Origin: Octopus sinensis
Lineage: Eukaryota
DNA: 64,000 nucleotides
Reading direction: 5' to 3'
NCBI RefSeq assembly: GCF_006345805.1
Contig: NC_043014.1
Location: forward strand, 27,652,001 to 27,716,000
The notes beneath the pieces were generated by a model that saw only the letters and a list, made by a program, of their open reading frames with translations, did not search any database and was not told the origin of the DNA. Position 1 is the first letter of the stretch; every line of letters starts with the position of its first letter. Made by a program: the position numbers and the translations under genes. Positions 52,163 to 63,399 of the stretch are shown piece by piece.

Positions 52163-52292
52163 TCTTACAGCTGTTTCAGCCTATGGTCAAAAGTCAATCC
52201 AACTTATATTGCCTATAGATGTCAGTATATTATGGTTGTAGGCATTAAAAATTATACTTATGTTAAAAGAACCATAGGCCTCGTCAGAGGTT
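52163..52292 (-). ncRNA. Type I hammerhead ribozyme motif (Penelope/retrozyme-like), probably partly decayed
   Basis: Minus strand: CCT-CTGACGA-GGCCTATGGT-(83 nt)-ACCATAGGCT-GAAAC-AGCT-GTA-AG. Complete core, 10-bp stem II, palindromic stem III ACAGCTGT, only 2 bp of stem I. Confidence 0.7.
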
Positions 52293-52392
52293 ATAATTAA
52301 CTTGAAAAGTATAATAATAATAATATTGATATACAAAACATGCTGCACTTCATATCTAATATACACAAATAAATAATAAATAAATATCCAAA

Positions 52393-52435
<43 letters not shown>

Positions 52436-52789
52436 TACATACATGTATATATACATAAGCAAACCGTAAATACTATTCACATGCGCAAAATACATTAAAG
52501 AACATCATTGAACAATATATTACATTACATTGGGTATATCATGCGTTGTATAGTCAAGTAAATACATTCTAATGTATATACACTACTATGTTTAACAGTA
52601 CCAACAGTATTATTGCTTCAACGGTAATCCTCAACAGATCATACATACTATATTCATGTTTACTAATATAACAAGGTTCGAAATATAAATATTCACACAT
52701 ATACATGCACAAACAAAATATTTGCGTATAAGTATATTAATCAGACAAACATAATCTAGATATTACTTAATGCATCCACGTAACGTAGG

Positions 52790-53396
52790 GGCCAATTCTG
52801 TAGGTTTTTACTCCACTCTAAATGCTTTGCAATGTTTGTTTTTGAAAGTAGTGGTTTTCTGATTGCAGCCCTCCAATAAAATCAGGCTTTGTGCAGCTCC
52901 TGGCAAACAGTTTTTGTGGAAACTGGTTTCTCAAGGTGGTCATTAAGCTCTGTCGTAATTTTGGGAGCTGTATTTTTATGATCCTTTCTAACAATTCATG
53001 TAAGAGTCCAACGGTCCCTATCTGAAAGTTCTGGTTTCCTTCTCGAGTTTTATTTCAACAAGGAGGTTTTTCTCTCTTTCTCAAAGGCTGTCATTACTTT
53101 ATAGACAGTACTTCTTGATACACCAAATATTTCGGTTGTTTTCGCTATGCTAGTACCTACCATACAAGCACCAATAATTTGACCTCTTTGAAAGTCTGAC
53201 AGATCTGTCATTTTAATGAATTTTAATTATCTTTTTCTGATGATATCTGAAAAGAAACAGCAATTTTAGCAAAACATATTAAGTAATACTAATAATAAAT
53301 CAAAAAACATAAAATAAACAAGCATTTGATGGTTTTATAGATATTTCAAAATTATGATGTTATGATGCTAGGTGTTTCCATTATTTTGTCCAACCC

Positions 53397-53402
<6 letters not shown>
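52790..53402 (-). mobile_element. Tc1-like transposon 5' half
   Basis: TIR TACAGGGGTTGGACAAAATAATGGAAAC. From the ATG at 53211: MTDLSDFQRGQIIGACMVGTSIAKTTEIFGVSRSTVYKVM...PVSTKTVCQELHK...AAIRKPLLSKTN. Confidence 0.88.
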
Positions 53403-53442
<40 letters not shown>

Positions 53443-53444
<2 letters not shown>

Positions 53445-54880
53445 TCATCATCATCATCATCATCGTTTAGCGTCCGTTTTCCATGCTAGCATGGGTTGGA
53501 CGGTTCTACTGGGGTCTGTGAAGCCAGAAGGCTTCATCAGGCCCAGTCAAATCTGGCAGTGTTTCTACGGCTGGATGCCCTTCCTAACGCCAACCACTCC
53601 GAGAGTGTAGTGGGTGCTTTTTACGTGCTACCCGCACAGGTGCCAGACAGAGCTGGCAAACGGCCACGAACGGATGGTGCTTTTTATGTGCCACCGGCAC
53701 GAGGGCCAGGCGAGGCTGGCAACGGACACGAAACGGAAGGTTCTCTTACATGCCACCGGCACTGGTAACACATCTGCAATTTCCATTGATCGATTTCCAT
53801 TGATCGATTTCGATTCTGATCCTCACTTGCCTCAACGGGTCTTCACAAGTAGAGTTTCGACATGCCACCGGCACTGGTAACACATCTGCAATTTCCATTG
53901 ATCGATTTCGATTCTGATCCTCACTTGCCTCAACAGGTCTTCACAAGTAGAGTTTTGTGTCCCAAGAAGGGAAGGTATGCATACGTAGGCTGGCTCCATC
54001 CCATGTAGAAGGCCACGGGTTATGGACTCACTTGTCCTGCCGGGTCTTCTCGCACACAGCACACTTCCAGAGGACTCGGTCTCTAGTTATTTCCTCAGTG
54101 AGACCTAAAGTTCGAAGGTCGTGCTTCACCACCTCATCCCAGGTTTTCCTGGGTCTGCCTCTTCCACAGGTTCCCTCAACCGCTAGGGTGTGGCACTTTT
54201 TCACACAACTATCTTCATCCATTCTCGCCACATGACCATACCAGCGCAAACGTCTTTCTTGCACACCACAACTGATGCTTCTTAGGTCCAGCTTTTCTCT
54301 CAAGGTACTTACACTCTGCCGAGTATGAGTACTGACATTACACATCCATCGGAGCATACTGGCTTCATTTCTTGCGAGCTTACGCATATCCTCAGCAGTC
54401 ACGGCCCATGTTTCACTGCCATGTAGCATGGCTGTTCGTACACACGCATCATACAGTCTGCCTTTCACTCTGTGCGAGAGACTTTTTGTCACCAGCAGAG
54501 GTAAGAGCTCTCTGAACTTTGCCCAAGCTATTCTTACTCTAGCAGTTACACTTTCAGCACACCCGCCCCCGCTGCTGACTTAGTCACCTAGGTAACGGAA
54601 ACTATCAACTATTTCTAGTTTTTCTCCCTGGAAAGTGACGGAAGTTGGTCTCAGAGCATTTTCAGTGTTTATTGTTCCTGAGCATCTGCCACATACAAAA
54701 ACCATCTTCCTAGTTAGCCTTCCTTTGACATTGCTGCACCTCTTATGTGTCCATAGCTTACACTTGGTGCATCTTATAGAGTTTCTACCTACACCTTTTC
54801 TACAGATCGAGCAGGGCCATCTACCTGAAGGTGTTTGTGATTTTTCTACCTTCCTACTGATTACGACTTTGGTTTTAGCT
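53443..54880 (-). mobile_element. Relatively young 5'-truncated RTE LINE
   Basis: Open C-terminal frame 54028-54492 (TAMLHGSETW, RRLRWYGHVARM, GRGRPRKTW), 3' UTR and (GAT)n tail at 53443. CpGs retained. Confidence 0.92.
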
Positions 54881-55184
54881 AGATTATATATATATATATA
54901 TATATAGGAAATAATATAATGCGAACCAGAAATGATTCTGGAATCCGTTCCCTGTATACTAGAGAAAGGTAGTACATATCACAGAAAACATACACCTATT
55001 CAACAAGAGGAATGAATATCTTCAATAATTGGTCTGAACTTTAGGCAGGATAAGACAACCATCAAGCCTCTTCCCCCACTTCTACACATGCAAATGTATG
55101 AAACAAGAATTGAACCACAAACAGTCAATCCAAATGTGGTTGGTAAGTAAGCTACTTACCACACAGCCACTCCTGCGCCTCTCA

Positions 55185-55900
55185 ACCACCCAACCAGGCT
55201 CATTCCTCTGCTCCCACCCATGCTGCCGCACTTGCCCTTACTTCTCCAACACCACCCTCCTCACAGACACCCATCATCGACACCCATCACTGACTCCTTC
55301 ACCTACACTTCTAGCAACGTCATCTACTGCATCTCTTGCTCTCTCTGTCCTTCTCTATACATTGGTCAAATGGGATGCTGCTTGGCTGACCAGTTTGCGG
55401 AATACCTCCGAGACATCAGACAATGACACTCCAGTCTCACACCATTTCCATTCTACCGGTCATTTTTTACAACACCTGTCTGTTTGGATTGTCATTGCAC
55501 ATAGGCCATCTTCGCTGTGAACAGGGATTAATCTCTCTTTGCTTCTTTGCATCACATGGGCTTAACTCTCCTCCCTTCTCCTCTCTTACCTACTTCCTCC
55601 CACCCACCTCTCCTCTCTTGCTGACACCTACTTTCCTCTTCACTCCTACCCTTCTTCCTTCATCATCACCTCCTCCCTCGCTACCCCACCCCTACACATT
55701 CCAACCCCACCATCCCTATACATCACATCCCCACCCCAACACCACCACACATGTCAAGGTCACCAGCCTCCCTCCACACCCACATACATGCTCTCACATA
55801 CGCACGTGCAACCCCGTTTTGGGATCACCACTACTTTATTATCTTCGCTTCTTCCAAGCTCTCCTATGTGATCCCTCTGTTCGGCATTTACCATGATAGA
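55185..55900 (+). mobile_element. Penelope-like element 3' part (GIY-YIG endonuclease relic)
   Basis: DSFTYTSSNVIYCISCSLCPSLYIGQMG..LADQFAEYLRDIR (VIY...YIG) followed by a pyrimidine-rich tail. Confidence 0.85.
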
Positions 55901-56084
55901 TCACTAGCCACTAAACCTTTTTTATTTTCTCTCCCTGTTTATTTCTGTATTCCTTTCTGTCAAAGAGTGTGTGTTTGTATAAAATATATGTATGCATGTA
56001 TATATCTGTACATATATACACATGCATACATATATTTATACATACATATATGCACGCACATACACACACACATTCATATATATA

Positions 56085-56250
56085 GGAGCAGGTGTAGCTG
56101 TGTGGTAAGAAATTTGATTCCAAAACACATGGTCCAGGGTTCAGTCCCACTGTGTGGTAACTTGGCATGTATCATCTGCTATAGCCTCAGAACAACCAAA
56201 GCCCTGTGAGTGGATTTTGTAGACAGAAACGGACAGAAACCAATCATATA
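56085..56250 (+). mobile_element. tRNA-derived SINE head
   Basis: GGAGCAGGTGTAGCTGTGTGGTAAG...GGTTCAGTCCCACTG. Confidence 0.75.
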
Positions 56251-56903
56251 TATATATATCTGATTCTTCTTATACTGTCAGTGATGAAGAATTCTCAGTT
56301 TGATGTTGATATGAGCACCAAATTGTCAGGTAGAATCAGTGTGACTCAAGTGTGACAAGGCTGGATCTTTATGAATTACAGGTACAGTTTATCCAACAGG
56401 CTTCTGTACAATTTCCATATTCACAAATTCACTTACAAATCTTAGGTCATCCTGAAGCAACAGTGATGTCACTTGCTAAAGTTATGGTGATTAAGATAAA
56501 ATATTAAGGAGTAGCCAATGTTTTTCTCTGGCTAAACAAGCAAAGCAGACAACTTTGCACATTTCTGGTCTCTTCACTTTTTTTAACAGAAGAATAACAT
56601 TTGCCATTGTTCATTGACCTTGTAGCAACTACCTTACTGAAAAAAAATATTTTTAAAAGAGTATTGCATGGTGCTGGGAAATTAGATTGATAATTTAATT
56701 ATAAAGAGGTTCCAATGGAGAGCAATGTCGAAGGTGTTACTGTTGTTAACAACAGCTAAGACATGTATGGAGTTGTCTCTCTTGTTTGCTGGATCAAAGA
56801 ATGCCTAGCTATTCTAATATTTTCCTTATTTTTTAAAATCCATTTTGTGGTAAAATAAAGAGCTTCAATTTCCAACATTGATTTAATATATATTTTTTTC
56901 TTA

Positions 56904-57012
56904 TACAAGAATGTTGTTGACAGTGACTTCAAAGTTTCAGTCAGCTGAGCCATTGTTGGCCAATAGCATAGCTGGTCAAAACTTCAAAGTCACTGTCAAC
57001 AACATTTTTGTA
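56904..57012. repeat. 109-bp inverted repeat/hairpin
   Basis: Arms TACAAGAATGTTGTTGACAGTGACTTCAAAGTTT and AAACTTCAAAGTCACTGTCAACAACATTTTTGTA (34 bp, 3 differences). The interior pairs further. Confidence 0.9.
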
Positions 57013-57139
57013 TTAGGATAATATATTTGTACTCAACAAAAGTATAGAGTAACCCATCAGATTAATGTAAAAAATTTTTCTCCTATAACTGAATATATAA
57101 AAATGAACATTTGTATATATGGCATATATTTGTTTTAAA

Positions 57140-57168
57140 ATTAATTATTTTTTTCTTCTGTCTTTCAG
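57140..57168 (+). other. Candidate splice acceptor for the exon carrying the zinc-finger ORF
   Basis: TTAATTATTTTTTTCTTCTGTCTTTCAG|AT: strong pyrimidine tract plus CAG, 625 bp upstream of the ATG. Confidence 0.5.
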
Positions 57169-57792
57169 ATGTGAGCTATTACCGTGTTCTATCAACTGTT
57201 CACCCTGGACCAATGTTCAGTTGACTGTGATAGAAGAGGGTCAAAAAGATACAATGACTTCCCTGACTCAGTCAAGACACAATCTGCCGATGATGGTATT
57301 GCATAATGTGTAGTTGTTGCATGCAAGTGCAACAGAATTGAAGATATTTGTTGCCAGAGAAGCTGTGCAAATGAATGTCAACAAATATCTTAGTAATACA
57401 TTGGTCTTTGTTGAAATGGAATTTGAGAGTGACTTAACTGACAACCATACAAAATGAGTAATGAGCTACAATCCAAGAGAATGACCCAACTCGGACCATG
57501 TTGCTAAGAAACATAGGTTTGTGTTGACACTTCACAAATATAACAATTAACAAATGTAATCAACAGAACCACAGCAAAAAACAATAATAAGTGTTAATAA
57601 TTATGGTAATGATTGCCTCCATAAAATCAATATTCATTTATTACATATAAGTAATAAAAAATTTATCCTTTTTGAAACACTAAATTGACCAATAGATAGC
57701 TAGAATCTGCTAATTTAGTGTTTGGAACTGAAAAATTATTGCTTATTAAAACTTTATAAAATAAAACAAAACAAAACAAAAATTGTCAAAAA

Positions 57793-60700
57793 ATGGGTGC
57801 AACTCATATTGAAGATGCTAGTGCTCAACCAGGAAAACTTTATACATGTGAGCACTGTCAAATGACATTTTCTCGTCCTGTACACCTGGAGAGGCATATG
57901 AGAAATGTTCATTCTCAAGAGAGAGAGTCAGAATGTAATATTTGTCATAAATTGTTTCAAAACAAACACTATTTATCCGTCCACATGCTGACTCACAATG
58001 TCAACAAAGAGCTGCAGTGTCCACTTTGCAAGATGACATTTAATAACTTGGCTACTTTAAACAAACACAAAGATGCTCACTTAGGTATTGGTGTGACACA
58101 GGCACAGAAAGACAATCTTAGTAATTTCCGGCAACCACGAACTATTGCCAATCTGTTGGCCAGCAACCAGTCCAGTCGAGGTAACTCATCGAATGTGCCC
58201 TTAATTAGTGTGGCTCCTGGCATTAACAATGCAAACACTTTGAACTGTGATTTACGTTCTACAGATTTGAGGTCAATGAACAAAAACAAGAGGAATTTGT
58301 TGCCTAATCAAATTTCTCTCCAAAATGCGATGAGACTTGCATCAAATGACACAACTGTTAACTGTGATCTAACATCCAGAGACATCAACTCCCTGAACAC
58401 AAACCAAACTGTGAGATTGGCTCAAAAACGCCCCAGTAACAGTGATAATGATGTCATAGTCACTGGGGTCAGTTCACTGAAGCGACCGTTTCGATTTCAA
58501 AACTTATCTAATTCCACAACACCTCAGAATCGACAGCCCAGTGCAAATCAACTATCAAAAGCAGCTGCTATTTCTCTTTTGTCTCAACAGTTGGCATCTC
58601 AGAAGAACTCCCAGAATTCCCTGTTACAAAATCAAATTCAGGTTCAAAGTTCATCTACACGCCAGAACTCTACACACAATCCCTCCGGTAGAAATATTAC
58701 TGATCGAATCTATTTGATGCCTGAAAATGGCAACAGCAGAAACGTAGTAAGAATGCAACAGCCATCAAATTTTAGGTACAGTCAAAGAAAGCAGTTAGCA
58801 CAACAGCCAATTCCAAATCAGCGCTATTCCACTAACAGTCTTTATTCCAATCCTTTAAATCAACAGAGTCAAAGAAATGTTGTTAATTGCGATTTAACTC
58901 GTTCTGATCTTGCTACAATCAGTCAGCGATCAGGGGCTGCTGCATCAAATGTGACATCACAGTTCTCCAATGGTAGCAAATCAAACAGTACAGTGAATTG
59001 TGACCTGACAATTTCTAATATCAGTTCATTGAACCGTAACTACAGACCTAGCAACAACTTGCTTGCATCAAGATCAAGAAACTCTGTTTCTCAAAATAAT
59101 CTCCCTTCAAACCGAGTGAGAAGTGCCGTGAATTTTGATCTCACTACAGCAGACATAAATTTCCTCAGAAGAAACCGGCGTATACGTCAAGTAGAAAGAT
59201 TAACTGATGTTGGTGCACCAACAGTGGGTCAAACATCAAATACTTTGAACTGTGATCTGTCTGTTGTTAATTTGGGTGCCATGGAACGAAACAAAATGCC
59301 ACCAAGCAATAATAGTCGAATTAATCGGATAAATTTAAATCAGATCCCAAAACAGGTGCAGAATACACTCAACTCTGGTCTTAGAGCAAATAATTTGAAT
59401 GACTGGAACAAACGCAACACAATAGTATACCAGCAAAAGAACAACCAAGTCTTACAAAGCCCTACTAGTCACCCAGTGAATACCCTTAATTGTGATCTTA
59501 CCAGTGTCAATCTTGGCACTTTGAACCAGCAGCAAGCTGCCAACAATAGTAATATTGTTAACCAAGAGGTTCGTCCAGTTCAGATTTATGCAAACAGCAA
59601 TGTCCCTCTTAGTTCACTGGTTCGTAAAGACATAAGTCCAAGAGAAAATAGTATGACTGGTACTCCAACTAGCAGCAATAGTTACCCTGTACAGATTGTA
59701 AGAAACCGAAGTCATCAGAAACGTGCTGTAAACGTCAACCCAGGAGTATCTACTTTAAACAGTCCAAATGCCATGCTAATCTCACGACTGAATCGCCAAA
59801 GGAAGATGCTAGCTACTCCTAACAACATCCCTGTTATAGATCTTGTGGCTGAGGAAGAGAAAACTTCGAATGTGCCTTCAGGATCAACTGATGTTGTTCA
59901 GTTTGATTTGACCAATCCTGACATCAACATTATTAGTTACGAGAATGGTACCAGCTTGTCTAGTAGTAAGTCGACTTCCAAAAATGTTGTTGATATTGTA
60001 GACTTGGAATCACATGACAGCTCTGGAAGACCTCCAGTGTTGAATAATCAGGCATCTGTTGTAGAATTTGATCTTTCCAACAATAACATCAGAGCATTTA
60101 ATACAAATCAGAATCGTATTCCAAACACAAGTACAATCAATTTGAACAGCAATCTCTGGGCGTCATCTAACTCCACTAGAAACAACAGCCTAAATGTTCA
60201 GTCTGCTACTGTAGCCAATGAAAGTAGCTCGTCATTGTCAGACATTACTCTCGTTGACATCAGATCTTTAAAGCCATCGGAGGAAGTAACTGAAACTGTA
60301 AGCAGACATGTTGATGAAGTCGGTGACAAATCTTCTGTCTCTGGCATTACTCTTGTAGATATCCGTTCACTGAGTAGTGCTGAGATTGAAGCCAACTTCC
60401 AAACATCCAACAAAGAACCCTTAACAGTAACAAATTCTGAAACATCCCAGATGTCACATTCTTCTACAAGAACTGGGAATGTTTCTGACAATTATCAAGT
60501 TGGAGACAGCTCTCTTACAGCTTCTAAAGTTCCGACATTAAATCCATTAATTCGACCACCATCTACAAAAGCGATAATTACTGTTGATCTTAGTTCCATT
60601 GATTTTGAAGACATTGATGAGGCTAAACGTACAACACCACAGGCAAGTAAATCAATTTCTGAACAATACGAAGATGAGAACTTTACTTGCAAATATTGTT

Positions 60701-61503
60701 CAGTGAAAGTCCGTTATCTTTATAACTATATATTTCACCTTAAATCTCATTTGGAAATAGGGTTTTGCATCTGCTATTATTGCAGTTCTGTGTTTGAAGA
60801 CTTCCGCAAACTTGTGGTGCATTTGGTATCACATGTAAGCAACCTAAAGAACCAGTGTGTGTTTTGCCGCAATATCTTAGTATCTACCACAAATCCCATC
60901 CAACACATGACAGAGTGTGGTGAATTGCAGTGTGTAATGTTTGAAGCTGGATCTTGTGTCAAAACAGAAAAATCCGAGGAAAAAAATAACAGCAAGGTGA
61001 AGACAAAGACAGAGAGTGCAGCAGAAAAGTCTGAGAAAGAAGTGGGTAATTTGGAAGAAAGACTTTTGGAGGAAGTGGAAAAACAAGCACTTGTAATACT
61101 AGAAAAGGAAGATGATGAGAATGTAAGGGAAGCAAAGGATGAAAAAAATACAAAAGGGGAAAGAGAAGAAACATGTATTGACTCAGAATCAAACAAATTG
61201 AACAAAGGGAATGCAAATAAGGAGGTGGAAATGAAAGTTGATAGGGTCAGTGCTGGTTCAAATAAAGATAATGGCCAAAAAGAAAAAAGTAGATTAATAG
61301 AAGAGGAGAAAGAAAAAACAATGATGAAAGAGGTAAAGGCAGAAGTAGAGAAACAGGGAACAGGAGCTGAAGAGCAAGAAGAGGAGAGTAAGGAAAATGT
61401 AAAAGAAGAAAAGCTAGATGAAGATAGTATTGAATGGAAGGTGAAAGAGGATTTTAACAGAACTGACCAATTGATTTCAGAACTTAATCAAGATACACTA
61501 TAG
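57793..61503 (+). CDS. C2H2 zinc-finger protein, 1236 aa, uninterrupted ORF
   Basis: Three canonical fingers at aa 17-96 (CEHC..HMRNVH, CNIC..HMLTH, CPLC..HKDAH). Three more at aa 964-1042 (CKYC..HLKSH, CYYC..HLVSH, CVFC..HMTEC). Between them lies a ~870-aa N/S/Q-rich region, and after them an E/K-rich tail. Start context AAAATGG; AATAAA at 61635. An unseen upstream coding exon cannot be excluded. Confidence 0.95.
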   Translation: MGATHIEDASAQPGKLYTCEHCQMTFSRPVHLERHMRNVHSQERESECNICHKLFQNKHYLSVHMLTHNVNKELQCPLCKMTFNNLATLNKHKDAHLGIGVTQAQKDNLSNFRQPRTIANLLASNQSSRGNSSNVPLISVAPGINNANTLNCDLRSTDLRSMNKNKRNLLPNQISLQNAMRLASNDTTVNCDLTSRDINSLNTNQTVRLAQKRPSNSDNDVIVTGVSSLKRPFRFQNLSNSTTPQNRQPSANQLSKAAAISLLSQQLASQKNSQNSLLQNQIQVQSSSTRQNSTHNPSGRNITDRIYLMPENGNSRNVVRMQQPSNFRYSQRKQLAQQPIPNQRYSTNSLYSNPLNQQSQRNVVNCDLTRSDLATISQRSGAAASNVTSQFSNGSKSNSTVNCDLTISNISSLNRNYRPSNNLLASRSRNSVSQNNLPSNRVRSAVNFDLTTADINFLRRNRRIRQVERLTDVGAPTVGQTSNTLNCDLSVVNLGAMERNKMPPSNNSRINRINLNQIPKQVQNTLNSGLRANNLNDWNKRNTIVYQQKNNQVLQSPTSHPVNTLNCDLTSVNLGTLNQQQAANNSNIVNQEVRPVQIYANSNVPLSSLVRKDISPRENSMTGTPTSSNSYPVQIVRNRSHQKRAVNVNPGVSTLNSPNAMLISRLNRQRKMLATPNNIPVIDLVAEEEKTSNVPSGSTDVVQFDLTNPDINIISYENGTSLSSSKSTSKNVVDIVDLESHDSSGRPPVLNNQASVVEFDLSNNNIRAFNTNQNRIPNTSTINLNSNLWASSNSTRNNSLNVQSATVANESSSSLSDITLVDIRSLKPSEEVTETVSRHVDEVGDKSSVSGITLVDIRSLSSAEIEANFQTSNKEPLTVTNSETSQMSHSSTRTGNVSDNYQVGDSSLTASKVPTLNPLIRPPSTKAIITVDLSSIDFEDIDEAKRTTPQASKSISEQYEDENFTCKYCSVKVRYLYNYIFHLKSHLEIGFCICYYCSSVFEDFRKLVVHLVSHVSNLKNQCVFCRNILVSTTNPIQHMTECGELQCVMFEAGSCVKTEKSEEKNNSKVKTKTESAAEKSEKEVGNLEERLLEEVEKQALVILEKEDDENVREAKDEKNTKGEREETCIDSESNKLNKGNANKEVEMKVDRVSAGSNKDNGQKEKSRLIEEEKEKTMMKEVKAEVEKQGTGAEEQEEESKENVKEEKLDEDSIEWKVKEDFNRTDQLISELNQDTL

Positions 61504-62203
61504 GGATATATCAAGAGACTGAAAACTTACATGGGAATATGTATATGTGTGTACATATAATATAGGTGTGTGTGTGTGTGTGTACAAACATGCGTGTATG
61601 CATACAGGCGTATGTGTTGGCGTGCACAAAAGAGAATAAACAAATCCTCAGTAGCTAAGATATATGTATCTGTGTGTATACAAGTACATTCACAGACATC
61701 ACAATTCTTACACATTCATTATGTTTCATTAAATATGTCTTAGATTATGCTGATATATGTGATAATGTAACTGTATGTTATTGCACATATGCATGCAAGT
61801 GTACTAGTGTCACATTTGTATGTGTATGTATCTGGATACTGACACACACACACATGTATACACATGCATATATATTTACATATACAGGTTGGTTCAAAAG
61901 TTCCTGTAGCACACACACACACCATCATACATGTTGATTTTGGGCAAGATACTACCGGGTTGTACATTTAATTCATAGACTGGACTACATTTTGTCCAAC
62001 TTCTGAATCTTGAAGAAGATATTTTCTTACATGTTACTCCAGTCTACCCAACTGAAATGGATAGCAGTCAAGTGCTTGTGTAGCCCTCTCCTACTCCAGA
62101 CATCACATCATGAATGTCCTGATGGGTCAGTGGAGGGTTGAGAAGGCATCTTTGGTTTGCTCATGATAGCATGTTAAAGAATTACATACATATGTATGTA
62201 TGT

Positions 62204-62290
<87 letters not shown>

Positions 62291-62410
62291 TATGCATACA
62301 TATATATTTATATATCATTTAAATGCTAAAGGGACTTCTGAATCACTCAGTCTGAACATAATATACATACACATAACCATTATAATAATATGTATTTGTG
62401 TATATAAGTG

Positions 62411-62466
<56 letters not shown>

Positions 62467-62824
62467 AGAGTTCACTTATCCAACAATTACATGCATGCAC
62501 ACACACAATTAGATGTGCATTCTTACCCAGATAAATACATACACATGTGCACTTAGTATGCACATGCTTGCAAAAGTGTGTGTTGGGCATACACTCACAG
62601 GTCTGTCACTCTTTATTCTTGTATGTGTATGTCTTTTAATCTTTTGTGTGTGTATATAATATATTTTTGCTAGTAACTGATACATCTGGTGCTGGGTTTG
62701 AATGAAATTTTAATTTTTTTTTTGTTTTGTAATGAAGCATCATGTTAGTTTTGTTAATAGATAAATTCCACTCATTTCTTATTTATTGAATGCCTGTGTA
62801 TACACACACACACACATATACACA

Positions 62825-62945
<121 letters not shown>

Positions 62946-63399
62946 TCACATACATGTGCAAACATACATTCTTACATTCAAAAATTTATATATATATATT
63001 ATATACATTTTAATTTATTGTAATTATCTTATAACTTTCTGACAAGTCTTAAAAGCTACATACACACACACACATATGTACGTATGTATATATACATATA
63101 TAAAGAGTAATGTCTCCTGTGATACAAGAGACAACAATGTACAAAGGAAGTTGGTTACAGTAAAGGGACACTTGTTTTAACTATTGTTATAGAACTTGTG
63201 CATAAGATATGATTTCATGAAATATATTTTAAATGCTATTTTTTTTTTAAAGTTAAAAATATTTTTTACTTATGATTGTAATTCAGTAACACCCCACCCC
63301 ATTTTTTCCCCCTGAAAATCTGTCTACTTTTACATACAATCATACAGTCACATATACACACTAACATATGTACATACATATTTGAATTCGTAGAGTTGA

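Noticed and set aside
57169-57460. Extra coding exon upstream of the zinc-finger ATG
   Set aside because: All three frames after the acceptor hit stops well before 57793 and none resembles a known protein. It is more likely 5' UTR.
58077-61216. Minus-strand ORFs overlapping the zinc-finger gene
   Set aside because: These are antisense shadows of the biased codon usage of the real ORF.
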